This document shows positions 22,199 through 35,334 of a DNA stretch of 64,000 nucleotides, one piece after another. The stretch's first letter is position 1. Each line of letters starts with the position of its first letter. The stretch comes from Candidatus Latescibacterota bacterium. GTDB taxonomy: Bacteria > Latescibacterota > UBA2968. Under the pieces are notes generated by a model. It was given only the letters and a program-made list of their open reading frames with translations, had not been told where the DNA came from and did no database searches. The position numbers and the translations under genes were made by a program. The stretch spans positions 2,848,001 through 2,912,000 of the forward strand of contig OZ244960.1 of assembly GCA_965222605.1 (NCBI GenBank), given 5' to 3'.

Positions 22199-23326
22199 AT
22201 GAAAATCGACCAGGTCGAACACTTCCTGCTCGGCAACAGCTATGTCGTCCGCCTCACCACCGACACCGGCATCTCCGGCATTGGAACCTCCGCCTGCTGG
22301 GGCTATCCCGAAGCCATCCAATCCATCGCGAAAGTCTTCAAAGAATACCTCATCGGACAAAATCCCATGCGCATTGAACACCACTGGCAACACCTCTACC
22401 GCATGGCACCCTTTCGCGGCACCGCGCTTTGCGGCGCAGTCAGCGCAATGGACATCGCCCTATACGACATCAAAGGCAAACACTTTCAAGTCCCCGTCTG
22501 GGAACTGCTCGGCGGCAACTGCCGCGACAAAATTCGCCTGCACCTGCTCGCGGGCGGCCCCACACCCGAAAAAATGTATGAAAATGCAAAAGCCGCCGTT
22601 GCCGAAGGCTTTACCGCGATCAAATTTGATCCCATCACAGCCGGATACCAGAACCGAGCGCAATCGCGCATCATTCAAACCGCCGTCGAAATCGTCGCCG
22701 CTGCCCGCGAAGGCGCCGGACCCGATGTAGATCTCATCGTTGAAGTCCACCGCAAACTCACCCCAATGGTCGCCGTAGCCCTGGGCGAAGCCCTCGTGCC
22801 CTATCACCTCTACTTCATGGAAGACCCCATCCAGATAGACACCATCACCACCCAGGCTGAAATCGCCAAACGCATTCCCGTTCCCCTGGCCAATGGCGAG
22901 CGCTTTACCACAATATGGGAATTTCGCGAACTCCTCGAACACGGCGGTCCCCAATACGTGCGCCCAGACATAGCGCTGGCAGGTGGCCTGACCCACTGCA
23001 AAAAAATCGCCGCCATTGCAGAATCCTATCACTGCGCGGTCGTCACCCACAACTTTCTCAGCCCCCTTGGCACAGCCGCATCCCTTCACCTCGACGTTAG
23101 CATCCCCAACTTCATCACACAGGAATACTCCAAAAACGACGAAAGCGAACACAACGCCGTGTACAAATGCGCTCACAAACGCGAAGGCGGTTATATCCCC
23201 CTCCCCGGAGCCTCCGGCCTTGGCGTTGAACTCGACGACGCCAAAATACCCGACACGCCCTTTGCCCCTTTGACCAAAGTCAATACACCGAGACGAGAGG
23301 ACGGATCAATCGCGTATGCGGTGTGA
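22199..23326 (+). CDS. Mandelate racemase family acid-sugar dehydratase (galactonate dehydratase-like)
   Basis: DIALYDIKGK, AIKFD, VEVH, FMEDP, GERF, VRPD, GGLTHCKKIA. RBS AGGAGAGG before ATG 22199. Confidence 0.88.
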   Translation: MKIDQVEHFLLGNSYVVRLTTDTGISGIGTSACWGYPEAIQSIAKVFKEYLIGQNPMRIEHHWQHLYRMAPFRGTALCGAVSAMDIALYDIKGKHFQVPVWELLGGNCRDKIRLHLLAGGPTPEKMYENAKAAVAEGFTAIKFDPITAGYQNRAQSRIIQTAVEIVAAAREGAGPDVDLIVEVHRKLTPMVAVALGEALVPYHLYFMEDPIQIDTITTQAEIAKRIPVPLANGERFTTIWEFRELLEHGGPQYVRPDIALAGGLTHCKKIAAIAESYHCAVVTHNFLSPLGTAASLHLDVSIPNFITQEYSKNDESEHNAVYKCAHKREGGYIPLPGASGLGVELDDAKIPDTPFAPLTKVNTPRREDGSIAYAV

Positions 23327-24494
23327 AACAGATTACAAAACCGCCATACTCAATGCGGTATCAAACCCCGAGACCTTTCTCAGGCTTACCCTGAGCCATC
23401 CGCGTCGTGGCACAATCTGGACCAAAATCGCCGTCCGCGTGGTCCAGATCAAAAACGCGCCTCACCTCCAGATCGCGCGATATAGCCGCACACAAGACAT
23501 CACCGAAAACATCCCGCTAACCGACGCGGACACCGCACTCGATGAACTACTCGCCTTGCCCTTCACACAAATCCACGTACAAACCAGCCGCGAAGACCTG
23601 CACATTCGCATCACCAAAAAAGGCCGCGCATTATTCAACCGCGCAAAACCCTCGCGTCCAGATGCCCAACCCGCCCTATCGCACAACCGCGTCAAGCATC
23701 ATCCCCTATCCGACAACCGTCCAGATGCCTTTCTCCAGGGCCTCGGCATTATGGATCACAACGGGCGCGTACGCGCATCCATGCGCGACAAATTCAAACA
23801 GATCAACGCCTTTCTCGGCCACTTACAACCCGTCATACCAGAAACAAATCGCCCCCTCACCCTCATAGACTGCGGCTGCGGCAGCGCGTATCTCACATTT
23901 GCAGCGTATCACTACTTGAACAACATCCGGAACATCCCCGCGCAACTCATTGGCATTGACCACAACCCATCCCTCATCGCCAAATGTCGCACCCTCGCCA
24001 GTGATCTCGGCTGGACAGACCTCGCCTTTCACGAATCCAGCATCGCCAGCTACACACCCCAAACACCGCCCGACATCGTCTTTAGCCTTCACGCCTGCGA
24101 CACAGCCACCGACGAAGCCATTGCCCGCGCCGTGCAGTGGAACAGCCCCGTCATCCTCGCAGCGCCCTGCTGCCAGCATGAACTGCGCGCACAACTCGAC
24201 GCTTATGTCTTCGCACCCGTAACAGCACACGGCATCCTCAAAGGACGCACCGCCGACATCCTCACCGACGCCTGCCGCGCACAACTCCTGAGAATATTGG
24301 GCTATCGCACCGAAGTCATAGAATTTATCGACTCCAAACACACGCCCAAAAACCTCCTCATCCGCGCAAAAAAAACCGCCCGAACAAATGATCCAACCCT
24401 CATTCGGGAGTATCGCACCCTGCGCGACTTCTGGCACATCACCCCCAGCCTCGAGCGACTGCTCGCCCGCGATCTCGCGCCTCTTTTATCCTGA
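23316..24494 (+). CDS. SAM-dependent methyltransferase
   Basis: KFKQINAF, IDCGCGSAYLTF, SLHACDTATD, APCC, HTPKNLLI. Confidence 0.85.
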   Translation: MRCETDYKTAILNAVSNPETFLRLTLSHPRRGTIWTKIAVRVVQIKNAPHLQIARYSRTQDITENIPLTDADTALDELLALPFTQIHVQTSREDLHIRITKKGRALFNRAKPSRPDAQPALSHNRVKHHPLSDNRPDAFLQGLGIMDHNGRVRASMRDKFKQINAFLGHLQPVIPETNRPLTLIDCGCGSAYLTFAAYHYLNNIRNIPAQLIGIDHNPSLIAKCRTLASDLGWTDLAFHESSIASYTPQTPPDIVFSLHACDTATDEAIARAVQWNSPVILAAPCCQHELRAQLDAYVFAPVTAHGILKGRTADILTDACRAQLLRILGYRTEVIEFIDSKHTPKNLLIRAKKTARTNDPTLIREYRTLRDFWHITPSLERLLARDLAPLLS

Positions 24495-24533
24495 CAGACC
24501 CGTATCTCTGCCACATCACCCTGGAGAAACTGC

Positions 24534-25931
24534 ATGAGACACCTTATCCTAATCTGTATCTTGAGCGTATTGCATCACCCGGTATTTGCGCAGGATGGAA
24601 AAGCCCTGTACGCGACATATTGCGCGCAGTGTCACGGTCCCGACCTGAGAGGGGGCAATGCACCGAGCATGGTCGATGGCATCTGGAAATACGGAGACGG
24701 GCGCGGCTATCGCATCCGAAACATCAAAAACGGACTCACGGATTTGGGCATGCCGGGCTATGGAAAACAGCTCACAGACAGGCAGATTGCGATGATCGTA
24801 GAATTCATCGAACAGCAAGAAAAAGAAGTGGGCCAACCCAAACCCCCACCGCCCGACTTTATACAAACACTGGACTACGATATCAATGTCGATATCTGGA
24901 TCCAGGACCTGAAAATCCCCTGGGCAATCGACTTTATCGATCCACAAACAGCATTGATTACCGAGCGGCCAGGCTCGCTGCGAATGGTTAAAAACGGACA
25001 ACTCCTCCCCGACCCCGTTGCGGGAACACCCCAGGTCCTCCATGGCGGGCAAGGCGGATTGATGGACGTGGCAATAGATCCGAATTACGACGAAAATAGA
25101 TGGATTTACCTCGCCTATAGCCATGAAATCGCCCGCCTTGAAGGACGGCGCCGATCCCCAGCCATGACGCGCCTCGTGCGCGGTCACATCAGGGATAACA
25201 CCTGGGTCAACCAGGAAGTCATCTACGAAGCCCCACATGAAACCTATAGCACCACCCGGCATCACTACGGCTGTCGCATCGTATTCGACGCAGACGGATA
25301 CCTCTATTTTGCAATCGGAGACCGGGGCGCGCAAAACCAGGCACAGGATTTGACCCGGCCAAACGGCAAGGTTCACCGCATCCACACAGACGGACGCATA
25401 CCCAAAGACAATCCTTTTGTGGGACGAGATGGCGCACTCAAAACCATCTATTCCTATGGCCATCGCAATCCCCAGGGTCTGACAGTCAATCCAATCACAG
25501 GAAAAATATGGGACGGCGAACACGGTCCAATGGGAGGTGACGAACTAAATGTCGTTGCCAAAGGAAAAAATTACGGATGGCCCGAAATTACTTATGGCCT
25601 CAACTACAACGGCACAATCGTATCTGAACGCGTACACCAACAGGGAATGGAACAGCCAACCCTTTATTGGCGACCATCAATCGCCATCTGCGGCATCAAT
25701 TTTTATCGGGGTAACATGTTCCCCAAATGGCAAAATAAATTGCTCGTGGCATCTTTGAAATACGAAGATGTACGGGTCCTCTCCGTTCACGGAGATCGTG
25801 TGATACACGAAGAAGTCATACTGAAAAACGCGGGACGGGTGCGCGAGGCTATATCCGGACCAGATGGCGCAGTGTACGTGGTCCTCAACCAGCCCGATGC
25901 GATTTTGCGCTTAACGCTGAGTGAAGAGTAA
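24534..25931 (+). CDS. PQQ-dependent sugar dehydrogenase (GSDH family) with an N-terminal cytochrome c domain
   Basis: Signal peptide, CAQCH heme motif, GQGGLMDV, HYGCRI, YSYGHRNPQG, EHGPMGGDELN, NYGWP. Confidence 0.9.
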   Translation: MRHLILICILSVLHHPVFAQDGKALYATYCAQCHGPDLRGGNAPSMVDGIWKYGDGRGYRIRNIKNGLTDLGMPGYGKQLTDRQIAMIVEFIEQQEKEVGQPKPPPPDFIQTLDYDINVDIWIQDLKIPWAIDFIDPQTALITERPGSLRMVKNGQLLPDPVAGTPQVLHGGQGGLMDVAIDPNYDENRWIYLAYSHEIARLEGRRRSPAMTRLVRGHIRDNTWVNQEVIYEAPHETYSTTRHHYGCRIVFDADGYLYFAIGDRGAQNQAQDLTRPNGKVHRIHTDGRIPKDNPFVGRDGALKTIYSYGHRNPQGLTVNPITGKIWDGEHGPMGGDELNVVAKGKNYGWPEITYGLNYNGTIVSERVHQQGMEQPTLYWRPSIAICGINFYRGNMFPKWQNKLLVASLKYEDVRVLSVHGDRVIHEEVILKNAGRVREAISGPDGAVYVVLNQPDAILRLTLSEE

Positions 25932-25945
25932 CGGAACCACATCTC

Positions 25946-27931
25946 ATGGCACTCGCGCAACCCGTAAACAACACCGAAGCCCTGCCCAATCGCGACCGCG
26001 TAACCATGCGTTGTGTCTTGCTGGGTCTGGGACTGGTCATAACTGTAAATACATGGCCGATCTACGGACTCTATGTAATTCACATCAACCAGATGGTATT
26101 CAGCTACATGGCGATGGCACTCATGATCCCATTTGTACTGCTATCGCTGGGATTGAACGTATTATTGCGAAAATACTGGCCCCGTGCCGCGTTTTCCCCT
26201 CTCGAAATGGCCATCGTATTTTCCATGGGGCTGGTGGGCGCATTATTTCCCCTCATGAATTTTACCGGCCTGATCATGGGGCACCTGGCAACCCCCTATT
26301 ATTTTGCCTCCGCGCAAAACCGCTGGTCCGAATTTCTCCATCCCCATTTGCCGCGCTGGTTATTCCCCACAGATGAAAATGGGGCGATGCGCCTCTTTTT
26401 TGAAGGCTTACCGCCCGGCCATGCAATACCGTGGGAAGTGTGGGTAGTACCCCTATTCTGGTGGTTTGCATTTGCCGGTGCAATTACCTGGACATGCTTG
26501 TGCATCGCAGTGATTTTGCGACGACAGTGGTCCGAACACGAAAAGCTGCCATTTCCCGCGGCTCAGGTCGCGTTGGAACTCGTAAGGGAAGAAAACAAAA
26601 AAATATGGCCTCCTCTCGTAGGCCGCCCAGCATTCTGGATCGGCATGGCAATTCCACTAACTGTAATATGCTGGAATATCCTATCGTACTTCATGCCCGA
26701 TTTCCCAAAAATTCCAATCACGCGAGCGGGCGACGGCGTCACATTTTTGCATATCAGCCGATATATTCCAGATCGGTATTTTTATATCGGAATACAATTT
26801 TTTATCGCGGGATTTGCATACTGGACCAGCCTGGACGTATTATTTTCAATCTGGTTTTTTTATCTACTCGTCGTAGCCGAAGTCTATACCTTTAACCGAA
26901 TCGGATACACCATTGGAACGCCGGGATTGTGGTCCTCAACACACGCAGCCAATGCGTGGCAGGCATTTGGCGCACTCGCATGTATGCTGTGCCTGGGATT
27001 GTGGATGGGACGCGAACATCTCAAAGGCGTTTGGCATGCCATCAGGGGGCGAAAGAAATTAGACGACTCCGAAGAACTCATGTCCTACCGCACAGCGGGC
27101 ATAGGGGGCCTGGCCGGGCTGTTATTCATCATCGGATGGCTGCACACCTCGGGCATGGCATGGTATGTGATCGTACCCTTCTTGATCGGCATGGGAATAT
27201 TGTACATAGGCATAGCCCGGGTCATTGCCGAAAGCGGATTGGTCTATTTGCGCGGCTCCATGATGCCCCCCACCTTCGCGCTCTACACCCTCGGCTCGGC
27301 AAATACCCCGGCGGCGAGCATGGCAAATTTTGCATTTTCTTTTGCGTATTTTACAGACGCCAAAAGTCTCGCCATGGCCAGTATGGCGCATTGCTCGTGG
27401 ATTACAGCAGCCATAAAAGGACGCAAACGCATGGTGGCGACTGCTCTGGTATTGGCGGGCATTGCAGCGGCCATTTCATCGGTGGCATTTACACTGTATC
27501 TGGGCTATGAGACAGGCGCGTATAATTTCAGAGCATTTGAGTTTCGCACACATCCGCGGATCTTTGACTACTGGATCCGACAGATGCAAACCTTCAACCC
27601 ACCAGACTGGAAGCGAATTGGATTTTTCGGTTTTGGCGCAGCCGGAATGGCACTATTGACATTGTTGCGGTATCGCGTATCCTGGTGGCCCTTGCATCCC
27701 GTTGGATTTGCCATCATGGAAACACAAGCTGTGCGGGGAACGATCTTTACAATATTTCTCGTATGGTTGTGCAAATTGCTCATCTTGCAAATCGGCGGCA
27801 TCGCGCTATACCGCAAAGGCCAGCCATTATTTCTCGGTATCCTCGTTGGGTTCATCCTCGGCGTGGCAATCTCGGCAACAGTAGATACCATCTGGTTTCC
27901 CGGCAGCGGGCATTCGGTTCACCATTGGTAA
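25946..27931 (+). CDS. Polytopic membrane protein, DUF6785/DUF6784-like (putative transporter)
   Basis: PYYFASAQNRW, RQWSEHEKLPFP, WWPLHPVG, GGIALYRKGQPLFLG. Paralog of 6006-7982. Confidence 0.75.
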   Translation: MALAQPVNNTEALPNRDRVTMRCVLLGLGLVITVNTWPIYGLYVIHINQMVFSYMAMALMIPFVLLSLGLNVLLRKYWPRAAFSPLEMAIVFSMGLVGALFPLMNFTGLIMGHLATPYYFASAQNRWSEFLHPHLPRWLFPTDENGAMRLFFEGLPPGHAIPWEVWVVPLFWWFAFAGAITWTCLCIAVILRRQWSEHEKLPFPAAQVALELVREENKKIWPPLVGRPAFWIGMAIPLTVICWNILSYFMPDFPKIPITRAGDGVTFLHISRYIPDRYFYIGIQFFIAGFAYWTSLDVLFSIWFFYLLVVAEVYTFNRIGYTIGTPGLWSSTHAANAWQAFGALACMLCLGLWMGREHLKGVWHAIRGRKKLDDSEELMSYRTAGIGGLAGLLFIIGWLHTSGMAWYVIVPFLIGMGILYIGIARVIAESGLVYLRGSMMPPTFALYTLGSANTPAASMANFAFSFAYFTDAKSLAMASMAHCSWITAAIKGRKRMVATALVLAGIAAAISSVAFTLYLGYETGAYNFRAFEFRTHPRIFDYWIRQMQTFNPPDWKRIGFFGFGAAGMALLTLLRYRVSWWPLHPVGFAIMETQAVRGTIFTIFLVWLCKLLILQIGGIALYRKGQPLFLGILVGFILGVAISATVDTIWFPGSGHSVHHW

Positions 27932-27941
27932 AGGCTCCAAA

Positions 27942-28196
27942 ATGAAAGAACACAATACGGACAAATCCTCATCACTCGGTCAAGCCTATCGCAGTGTCGG
28001 ACCCTATTTAACCCTGGGCATTCAACTGATCGCGACAATATTGCTATGTATATTTGCCGGGCATTGGGCAGATGGCAAATTTGATACCTCGCCCCTATTG
28101 ACCTTAATCGGTGGTCTGATAGGCATTGCTGCGGGATTTTACCACTTCTTTAAAGCCGTCTTAAAAATGGACCGCAAATCGGAGGAAGATGCGTGA
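27942..28196 (+). CDS. atpZ: AtpZ/AtpI family protein
   Basis: Two TM helices, GHWADGKFDTSP motif, first gene of the atp cluster. Confidence 0.8.
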   Translation: MKEHNTDKSSSLGQAYRSVGPYLTLGIQLIATILLCIFAGHWADGKFDTSPLLTLIGGLIGIAAGFYHFFKAVLKMDRKSEEDA

Positions 28197-28582
28197 GGAA
28201 TTTTGTCAAACAAATTGCCGTGGTCTTGTTGGTCGCGTGGATCCTCGGAGGATACCCAATCTACCTGTGGAAAGGAACAGATGTGCTCATTGCCGCAGGG
28301 GTTGGCTGTGCGATTTGCACCCTGAATGCACTCGCTGGCGCATGGCTCGCATTGTGGGGCATGCGCCGGGACAACCGCACATTTATGACAGTCGTATTCG
28401 GCGGCATGGGGATTCGCCTTATTATTGTACTGGTTTTCTTTTTTGTCGCTCTAAAATTAGTCAAACTTCACGTTTTTAGCTTGACTCTTTCACTATTTTT
28501 ATTTTATGTAGTGTTTCAGATTTTAGAAATTCGGTTCTTCGTCGGGTGCCCGTCCGACAAAGCCAATAATTCAGGAGTCTGA
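28193..28582 (+). CDS. atpI: ATP synthase protein I-like membrane protein
   Basis: Four hydrophobic segments, GMGIRL motif, position before atpB. Confidence 0.7.
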   Translation: MRNFVKQIAVVLLVAWILGGYPIYLWKGTDVLIAAGVGCAICTLNALAGAWLALWGMRRDNRTFMTVVFGGMGIRLIIVLVFFFVALKLVKLHVFSLTLSLFLFYVVFQILEIRFFVGCPSDKANNSGV

Positions 28583-28585
28583 CGG

Positions 28586-29383
28586 ATGGCAGCACAGGCA
28601 GAGGAGCAAAGTGGCGGCAGTTTCATCCTCGAGCATATCACAGACCATCACGAGCTTCACCTCGGTCCACTCCATATTCCCCTTCCCCATTTTGATCTTT
28701 TTGGCATCGATATGTCAATTACCGGCCACCTGGTCATGATGTGGGTCGCCTCCCTATTACTCATTCTCACCCTGATCACTTCCACAAAACGACGCGGACT
28801 CATTCCTTCGGGCTTTGCCAATGCGATTGAGGCCATCGCCATATTTATCCGCGACGACGTCGCCCGGCCCAATCTGGGAGAGCGGGACGCCCCGAAATAC
28901 ATGCCGTTTCTAATGACGGTCTTTTTTTTCATCCTGTTCTGCAATCTCCTGGGCTTAATTCCCTTTGGACAAACCGCAACGGGCAATATCAATGTGACAG
29001 CTACACTGGCGGGTATTTCATTTGCGATGATGCTCGGCGCGGGAATCAAACACAATGGCTTATTCGGTTTTTTCAAGGGCCTGATCCCCCCCAATCTGCC
29101 AGTTGCATTGCTGCCCCTCATGATCCCGCTGGAATTTTTGGGCCTCTTGACCAAACCATTTGCACTGTGCATTCGTCTCTTTGCCAATATGCTGGCCGGT
29201 CATGTCGTAATATTGTCTTTGATCGGCATCATTTTTATTCTCGGATATCTTGTCGCCCCCATTGCCATTGCTTTTGCATTGGCAATGTACATGTTGGAAA
29301 TTTTCATCGCTTTTCTTCAAGCTTATGTATTCACGCTCCTGACCGCCCTATTTGTGGGCCTGTGTATGCATCAGGAGCATTGA
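28586..29383 (+). CDS. atpB: ATP synthase F0 subunit a
   Basis: NLLGLIP, TGNINVT, KPFALCIRLFANM, LQAYVFTLL. Confidence 0.96.
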   Translation: MAAQAEEQSGGSFILEHITDHHELHLGPLHIPLPHFDLFGIDMSITGHLVMMWVASLLLILTLITSTKRRGLIPSGFANAIEAIAIFIRDDVARPNLGERDAPKYMPFLMTVFFFILFCNLLGLIPFGQTATGNINVTATLAGISFAMMLGAGIKHNGLFGFFKGLIPPNLPVALLPLMIPLEFLGLLTKPFALCIRLFANMLAGHVVILSLIGIIFILGYLVAPIAIAFALAMYMLEIFIAFLQAYVFTLLTALFVGLCMHQEH

Positions 29384-29647
<264 letters not shown>

Positions 29648-29685
29648 ACCGCGCGAACAGAACGCGGTGAAAGAGAGACATAACA

Positions 29686-30186
29686 ATGGATTTGTTGAGT
29701 CCAAACCCGGGCTTGATCATCTGGACGCTCATCACATTTGTGTTCGTTTTGCTCGTTTTGAAGAAATTTGTTTGGGGGCCGTTGTTATCGGCACTCGACC
29801 AGCGAGAAACGCGCATCCGCGAAGCACTCGAGCAAGCTGATAAAGCGCGTGCCGAAGCCGAACGGTCCGCCGAAGAGAACAAACAGGCACTCGCACAGGC
29901 GCAGGCAGAAGCTCAGGCTGCGATTAACAAAGCGCGCGAAGACGCCGAACAGGTCGCTCGGGACGTGCAAGAACGCGCCGAAGCCGACGCCCAACAGCTT
30001 CTCGAACAGGCGCGTCGCACCATTCAACAAGAGCGCAATCAGGCTCTCCAGACATTGCGTCAGCAAACAGCCGAACTGGCGATTCTCGCTGCGGGACAAT
30101 TGCTGGAGGAAAATTTGGACGACGAGCACAACAAAAAAATCGTAGATGATTTCATCAACCGCATGCCAGATACACAGCAAAATTGA
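29686..30186 (+). CDS. atpF: ATP synthase F0 subunit b
   Basis: [13 protein letters not shown]...KFVWGPL followed by a coiled coil. Confidence 0.95.
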   Translation: MDLLSPNPGLIIWTLITFVFVLLVLKKFVWGPLLSALDQRETRIREALEQADKARAEAERSAEENKQALAQAQAEAQAAINKAREDAEQVARDVQERAEADAQQLLEQARRTIQQERNQALQTLRQQTAELAILAAGQLLEENLDDEHNKKIVDDFINRMPDTQQN

Positions 30187-30218
30187 GTAGTCAGTAGTCA
30201 GCCCACCCAACTACCCCG

Positions 30219-30306
30219 TGGATCGCGGCTAAAACCCTGCCGCGATGACGTACGCATAGCTCATTAATGACAATTGTCACGCCTGCATGCTTTAAGCAGG
30301 CGTCCA
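30219..30306. repeat. Dispersed palindromic (REP-like) element, copy 1
   Basis: TGGATCGCGGCT...TGCCGCGATGAC...GTCACGCCTGCATGCTTTAAGCAGGCGTCCA. Near-identical arms at 58051-58124. Confidence 0.8.
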
Positions 30307-30341
30307 GAAGGGCGGGTTGAAAGCTGATAAAGGAATTTTTT

Positions 30342-30881
30342 GTGAGCCAGTCAGCCGTTTCCATCCGATATACCAGCGCATTGATCGATGCCGCGCAAGA
30401 CAGCGGGGTATTGGATCGGGTTGAAGCCGATGTGCAGGCATTATTGGACTTGTTGCACGCCTCGGAAGACCTGCGGAGATTTGTCGCAGATCCGATGATG
30501 CGATCTGAACAAAAGCGCGCGGTATTGAACGAGTTGCTCGCCGGAAAAGTCGAGGATGTGACCCTCAGGTTTCTACTGCTGCTTTGCGATAATCGCCGCG
30601 AGCGCGTATTGCCCGAGTTGCTGTCGGATTTCCTATCCGTATTGGAAGACCGGCGCGGTCAGGCCACAGCCCAGCTGACGGTCGCTGCGCCCCTGTCCTC
30701 TGAACAGGAAACGCAATTAATTGCAAAGCTCTCGACCTATTCTGGCAAGCAGGTGCGATTGGAAACGACAATAGACGAACAGTTAAAGGCCGGGTTTGTG
30801 GTGCGGCTCGGTGACCGTGTATTTGATGGCACACTGGCGACGCAACTCAATCGGTTGCGACAACGCCTCGTGTCTGATTAA
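30342..30881 (+). CDS. atpH: ATP synthase F1 subunit delta
   Basis: RYTSAL, FLLLLCDNRR, GFVVRLGDRVFDG. Confidence 0.93.
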   Translation: MSQSAVSIRYTSALIDAAQDSGVLDRVEADVQALLDLLHASEDLRRFVADPMMRSEQKRAVLNELLAGKVEDVTLRFLLLLCDNRRERVLPELLSDFLSVLEDRRGQATAQLTVAAPLSSEQETQLIAKLSTYSGKQVRLETTIDEQLKAGFVVRLGDRVFDGTLATQLNRLRQRLVSD

Positions 30882-30897
30882 GAGAAGGTAGGCAAAC

Positions 30898-32415
30898 ATG
30901 GCGACGAATTTACAGATTCGCCCCGACGAAATTTCGGCACTGCTCAAACAGCATATCCTGGATTCCAGGATTGAAATAGATGTCTATGAAAGCGGCACCG
31001 TACAGCAAGTGGGGGATGGCGTGGCCCGCGTGCAGGGATTGGGCAACGTGCAGACCAGCGAACTGGTCGAATTCCCCAACGGCATTATGGGGATGGCACT
31101 CAACCTCGAAGAAGACAACGTGGGCTGTGTGTTATTTGGCGATGACACATTGATCCGCGAAGGCGACGAGGCCAAACGCACCCAACGCATTGCCGAAGTA
31201 CCCGTGGGCGAAGCCCTCCTGGGCCGCGTGGTAAATCCACTCGGCATGCCAATAGATGGCAAAGGCCCAATTGACGCCGAAGCAACGCTTCCCATTGAAC
31301 GCAAGGCGCCCGGCGTCATTGACCGGCAGCCCGTAACCGAAGCCCTGATGACCGGATTAAAAGTAATCGACTCAACCGTCCCAATCGGGCGGGGACAGCG
31401 AGAATTGATCATCGGAGACCGGCAAACGGGCAAAACAGCCATTGGCGTCGATACCATCATCAACCAGAAAAACAGCGACGTAAAGTGCATCTATGTCGCC
31501 ATTGGGCAAAAGGCTTCGACAGTAGCCAAAGTCGTGGCCGAACTGGAAGCCAATGGCGCTATGGAATACACCATTGTCGTATCGGCTACAGCCAGCGAAC
31601 CCGCTCCGCTTCAATTTCTATCCCCTTATTCGGGCTGCTCAATGGGCGAGTATTTCCGCGACAAGGGCGAACACGCGATGATCATTTACGACGATTTGTC
31701 CAAACAAGCGTGGGCTTATCGCGAGATGTCACTGATATTGCGCCGCCCGCCGGGCCGCGAAGCCTATCCTGGCGACGTATTTTATTTGCACTCGCGTCTG
31801 CTCGAGCGCGCCGCCAAGATGAGTGATGCAGAGGGCGCGGGTTCGCTCACCGCATTGCCCGTAATCGAAATTCTGGAGGGCGATGTATCCACCTTTGTGC
31901 CCACCAATGTGATATCGATTACCGATGGGCAGATCTTGCTCAAACCCGAGTTATTTTACGCGGGTATCCGCCCTGCCATGGATGTGGGTGCGTCGGTATC
32001 GCGCGTGGGCAGTTCGGCACAGACGGGCGCGATGAAAGCCGTTGCCAGAACCATCAAAGCCGATATCTCCCGCTACAACGAAGTCAAAGCCTTTGCGATG
32101 TTCGGCACAGAAGGCCTGGATGCCTCAACTCAGAATTTGTTGAACCACGGCGAGAAGTTAATCGAAATTCTCAAGCAAGATCAATACTCGCCGATGTCTC
32201 TACAAGAACAGACCGTGGCACTTTTTGCCGCCAATCTGGTCGGTGATTTACCCACTGAAGATGTGCGTCGCTTTGAGCGAGAATTGTTGGCGCACATAGG
32301 CCACAGTGAGTTGATGGAAGAAATCCGCGAAAGCGAAGATCTGAGCGATGAAAATGCCGAAAAACTCACAGAAGCCATCGAGAACTTTAAGCGCGGCTTC
32401 CGCGTTTCGGTATAA
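30898..32415 (+). CDS. atpA: ATP synthase F1 subunit alpha
   Basis: [39 protein letters not shown]. Confidence 0.98.
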   Translation: MATNLQIRPDEISALLKQHILDSRIEIDVYESGTVQQVGDGVARVQGLGNVQTSELVEFPNGIMGMALNLEEDNVGCVLFGDDTLIREGDEAKRTQRIAEVPVGEALLGRVVNPLGMPIDGKGPIDAEATLPIERKAPGVIDRQPVTEALMTGLKVIDSTVPIGRGQRELIIGDRQTGKTAIGVDTIINQKNSDVKCIYVAIGQKASTVAKVVAELEANGAMEYTIVVSATASEPAPLQFLSPYSGCSMGEYFRDKGEHAMIIYDDLSKQAWAYREMSLILRRPPGREAYPGDVFYLHSRLLERAAKMSDAEGAGSLTALPVIEILEGDVSTFVPTNVISITDGQILLKPELFYAGIRPAMDVGASVSRVGSSAQTGAMKAVARTIKADISRYNEVKAFAMFGTEGLDASTQNLLNHGEKLIEILKQDQYSPMSLQEQTVALFAANLVGDLPTEDVRRFERELLAHIGHSELMEEIRESEDLSDENAEKLTEAIENFKRGFRVSV

Positions 32416-32433
32416 GAGAACAAAGGACCGGAT

Positions 32434-34670
<2,237 letters not shown>

Positions 34671-34677
34671 GAATCAG

Positions 34678-34746
34678 GTAAGAAGTAAGACGTAAAAGGT
34701 GAGAGGGCCACCCTACCTCTCTCACGTCTCACGTTTCACGTCTCAC
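34678..34746. repeat. Inverted pair of heptamer tandem arrays between atpD and atpC
   Basis: GTAAGAA GTAAGAC GTAAAAG GTGAGAG ... CTCTCAC GTCTCAC GTTTCAC GTCTCAC. Confidence 0.7.
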
Positions 34747-34757
34747 CGCCTTTAAAA

Positions 34758-35162
34758 ATGGCCTCTTTCCAATTAGACATCGTAACACCCGAAAAAACCG
34801 TGTACTCTGGCGAAATTGTGCATTTTCAAGCGCCGGGAGTTGACGGCAGTTTTGGCGTACTGGCGCGCCACCAGCCCCTGCTGGCCGCACTCGGCATTGG
34901 TCGGGTCGGTCTCCGAGAAGCAGATGGCACCGAGCGCACCCTCGCCATCAGCGGTGGATTCGCCAATGTATCGGGTGACGGTGCAACAATCCTCGCAGAA
35001 GCAGCCGAGTTTGGCGATGAGATCGACATAGAACGCGCGCGCGCCGCACGAGATCGGGCACAAGAGCGATTGGACAACCGCACACCCGACGTAGATGTAG
35101 AACGCGCACAAACAGCACTGGCACGGGCGTTTATACGGCTGCGCGTGACAGGTGCTGAATAG
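34758..35162 (+). CDS. atpC: ATP synthase F1 subunit epsilon
   Basis: LDIVTPE, GSFGVLARH, ISGGFA, EIDIERA. Confidence 0.96.
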   Translation: MASFQLDIVTPEKTVYSGEIVHFQAPGVDGSFGVLARHQPLLAALGIGRVGLREADGTERTLAISGGFANVSGDGATILAEAAEFGDEIDIERARAARDRAQERLDNRTPDVDVERAQTALARAFIRLRVTGAE

Positions 35163-35169
35163 TATTTTT

Positions 35170-35227
35170 AGAAATAGAAATGAGAAAGCACGCTCCGATT
35201 GATTAGAGCGTGCTTTTTTATTTTTTT
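35170..35227 (+). terminator. Intrinsic terminator of the atp operon (duplicated at 36366-36411)
   Basis: AAAGCACGCTC-loop-GAGCGTGCTTTTTT. Confidence 0.85.
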
Positions 35228-35236
35228 ATCTGACCC

Positions 35237-35274
35237 ACGGTTCGTTGACACCTTTTTGGCTCTGGACTATATTG
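35237..35274 (+). promoter_or_regulatory. Repeated sigma70 promoter module P, copy 1
   Basis: ACGGTTCG-TTGACA-N17-TATATT-G. Confidence 0.8.
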
Positions 35275-35334
35275 TGGATGATCGTGGGAGGGCAAGGGAG
35301 ATTGTATTCAGTATTGAAAGGATAAGAATTAAAC

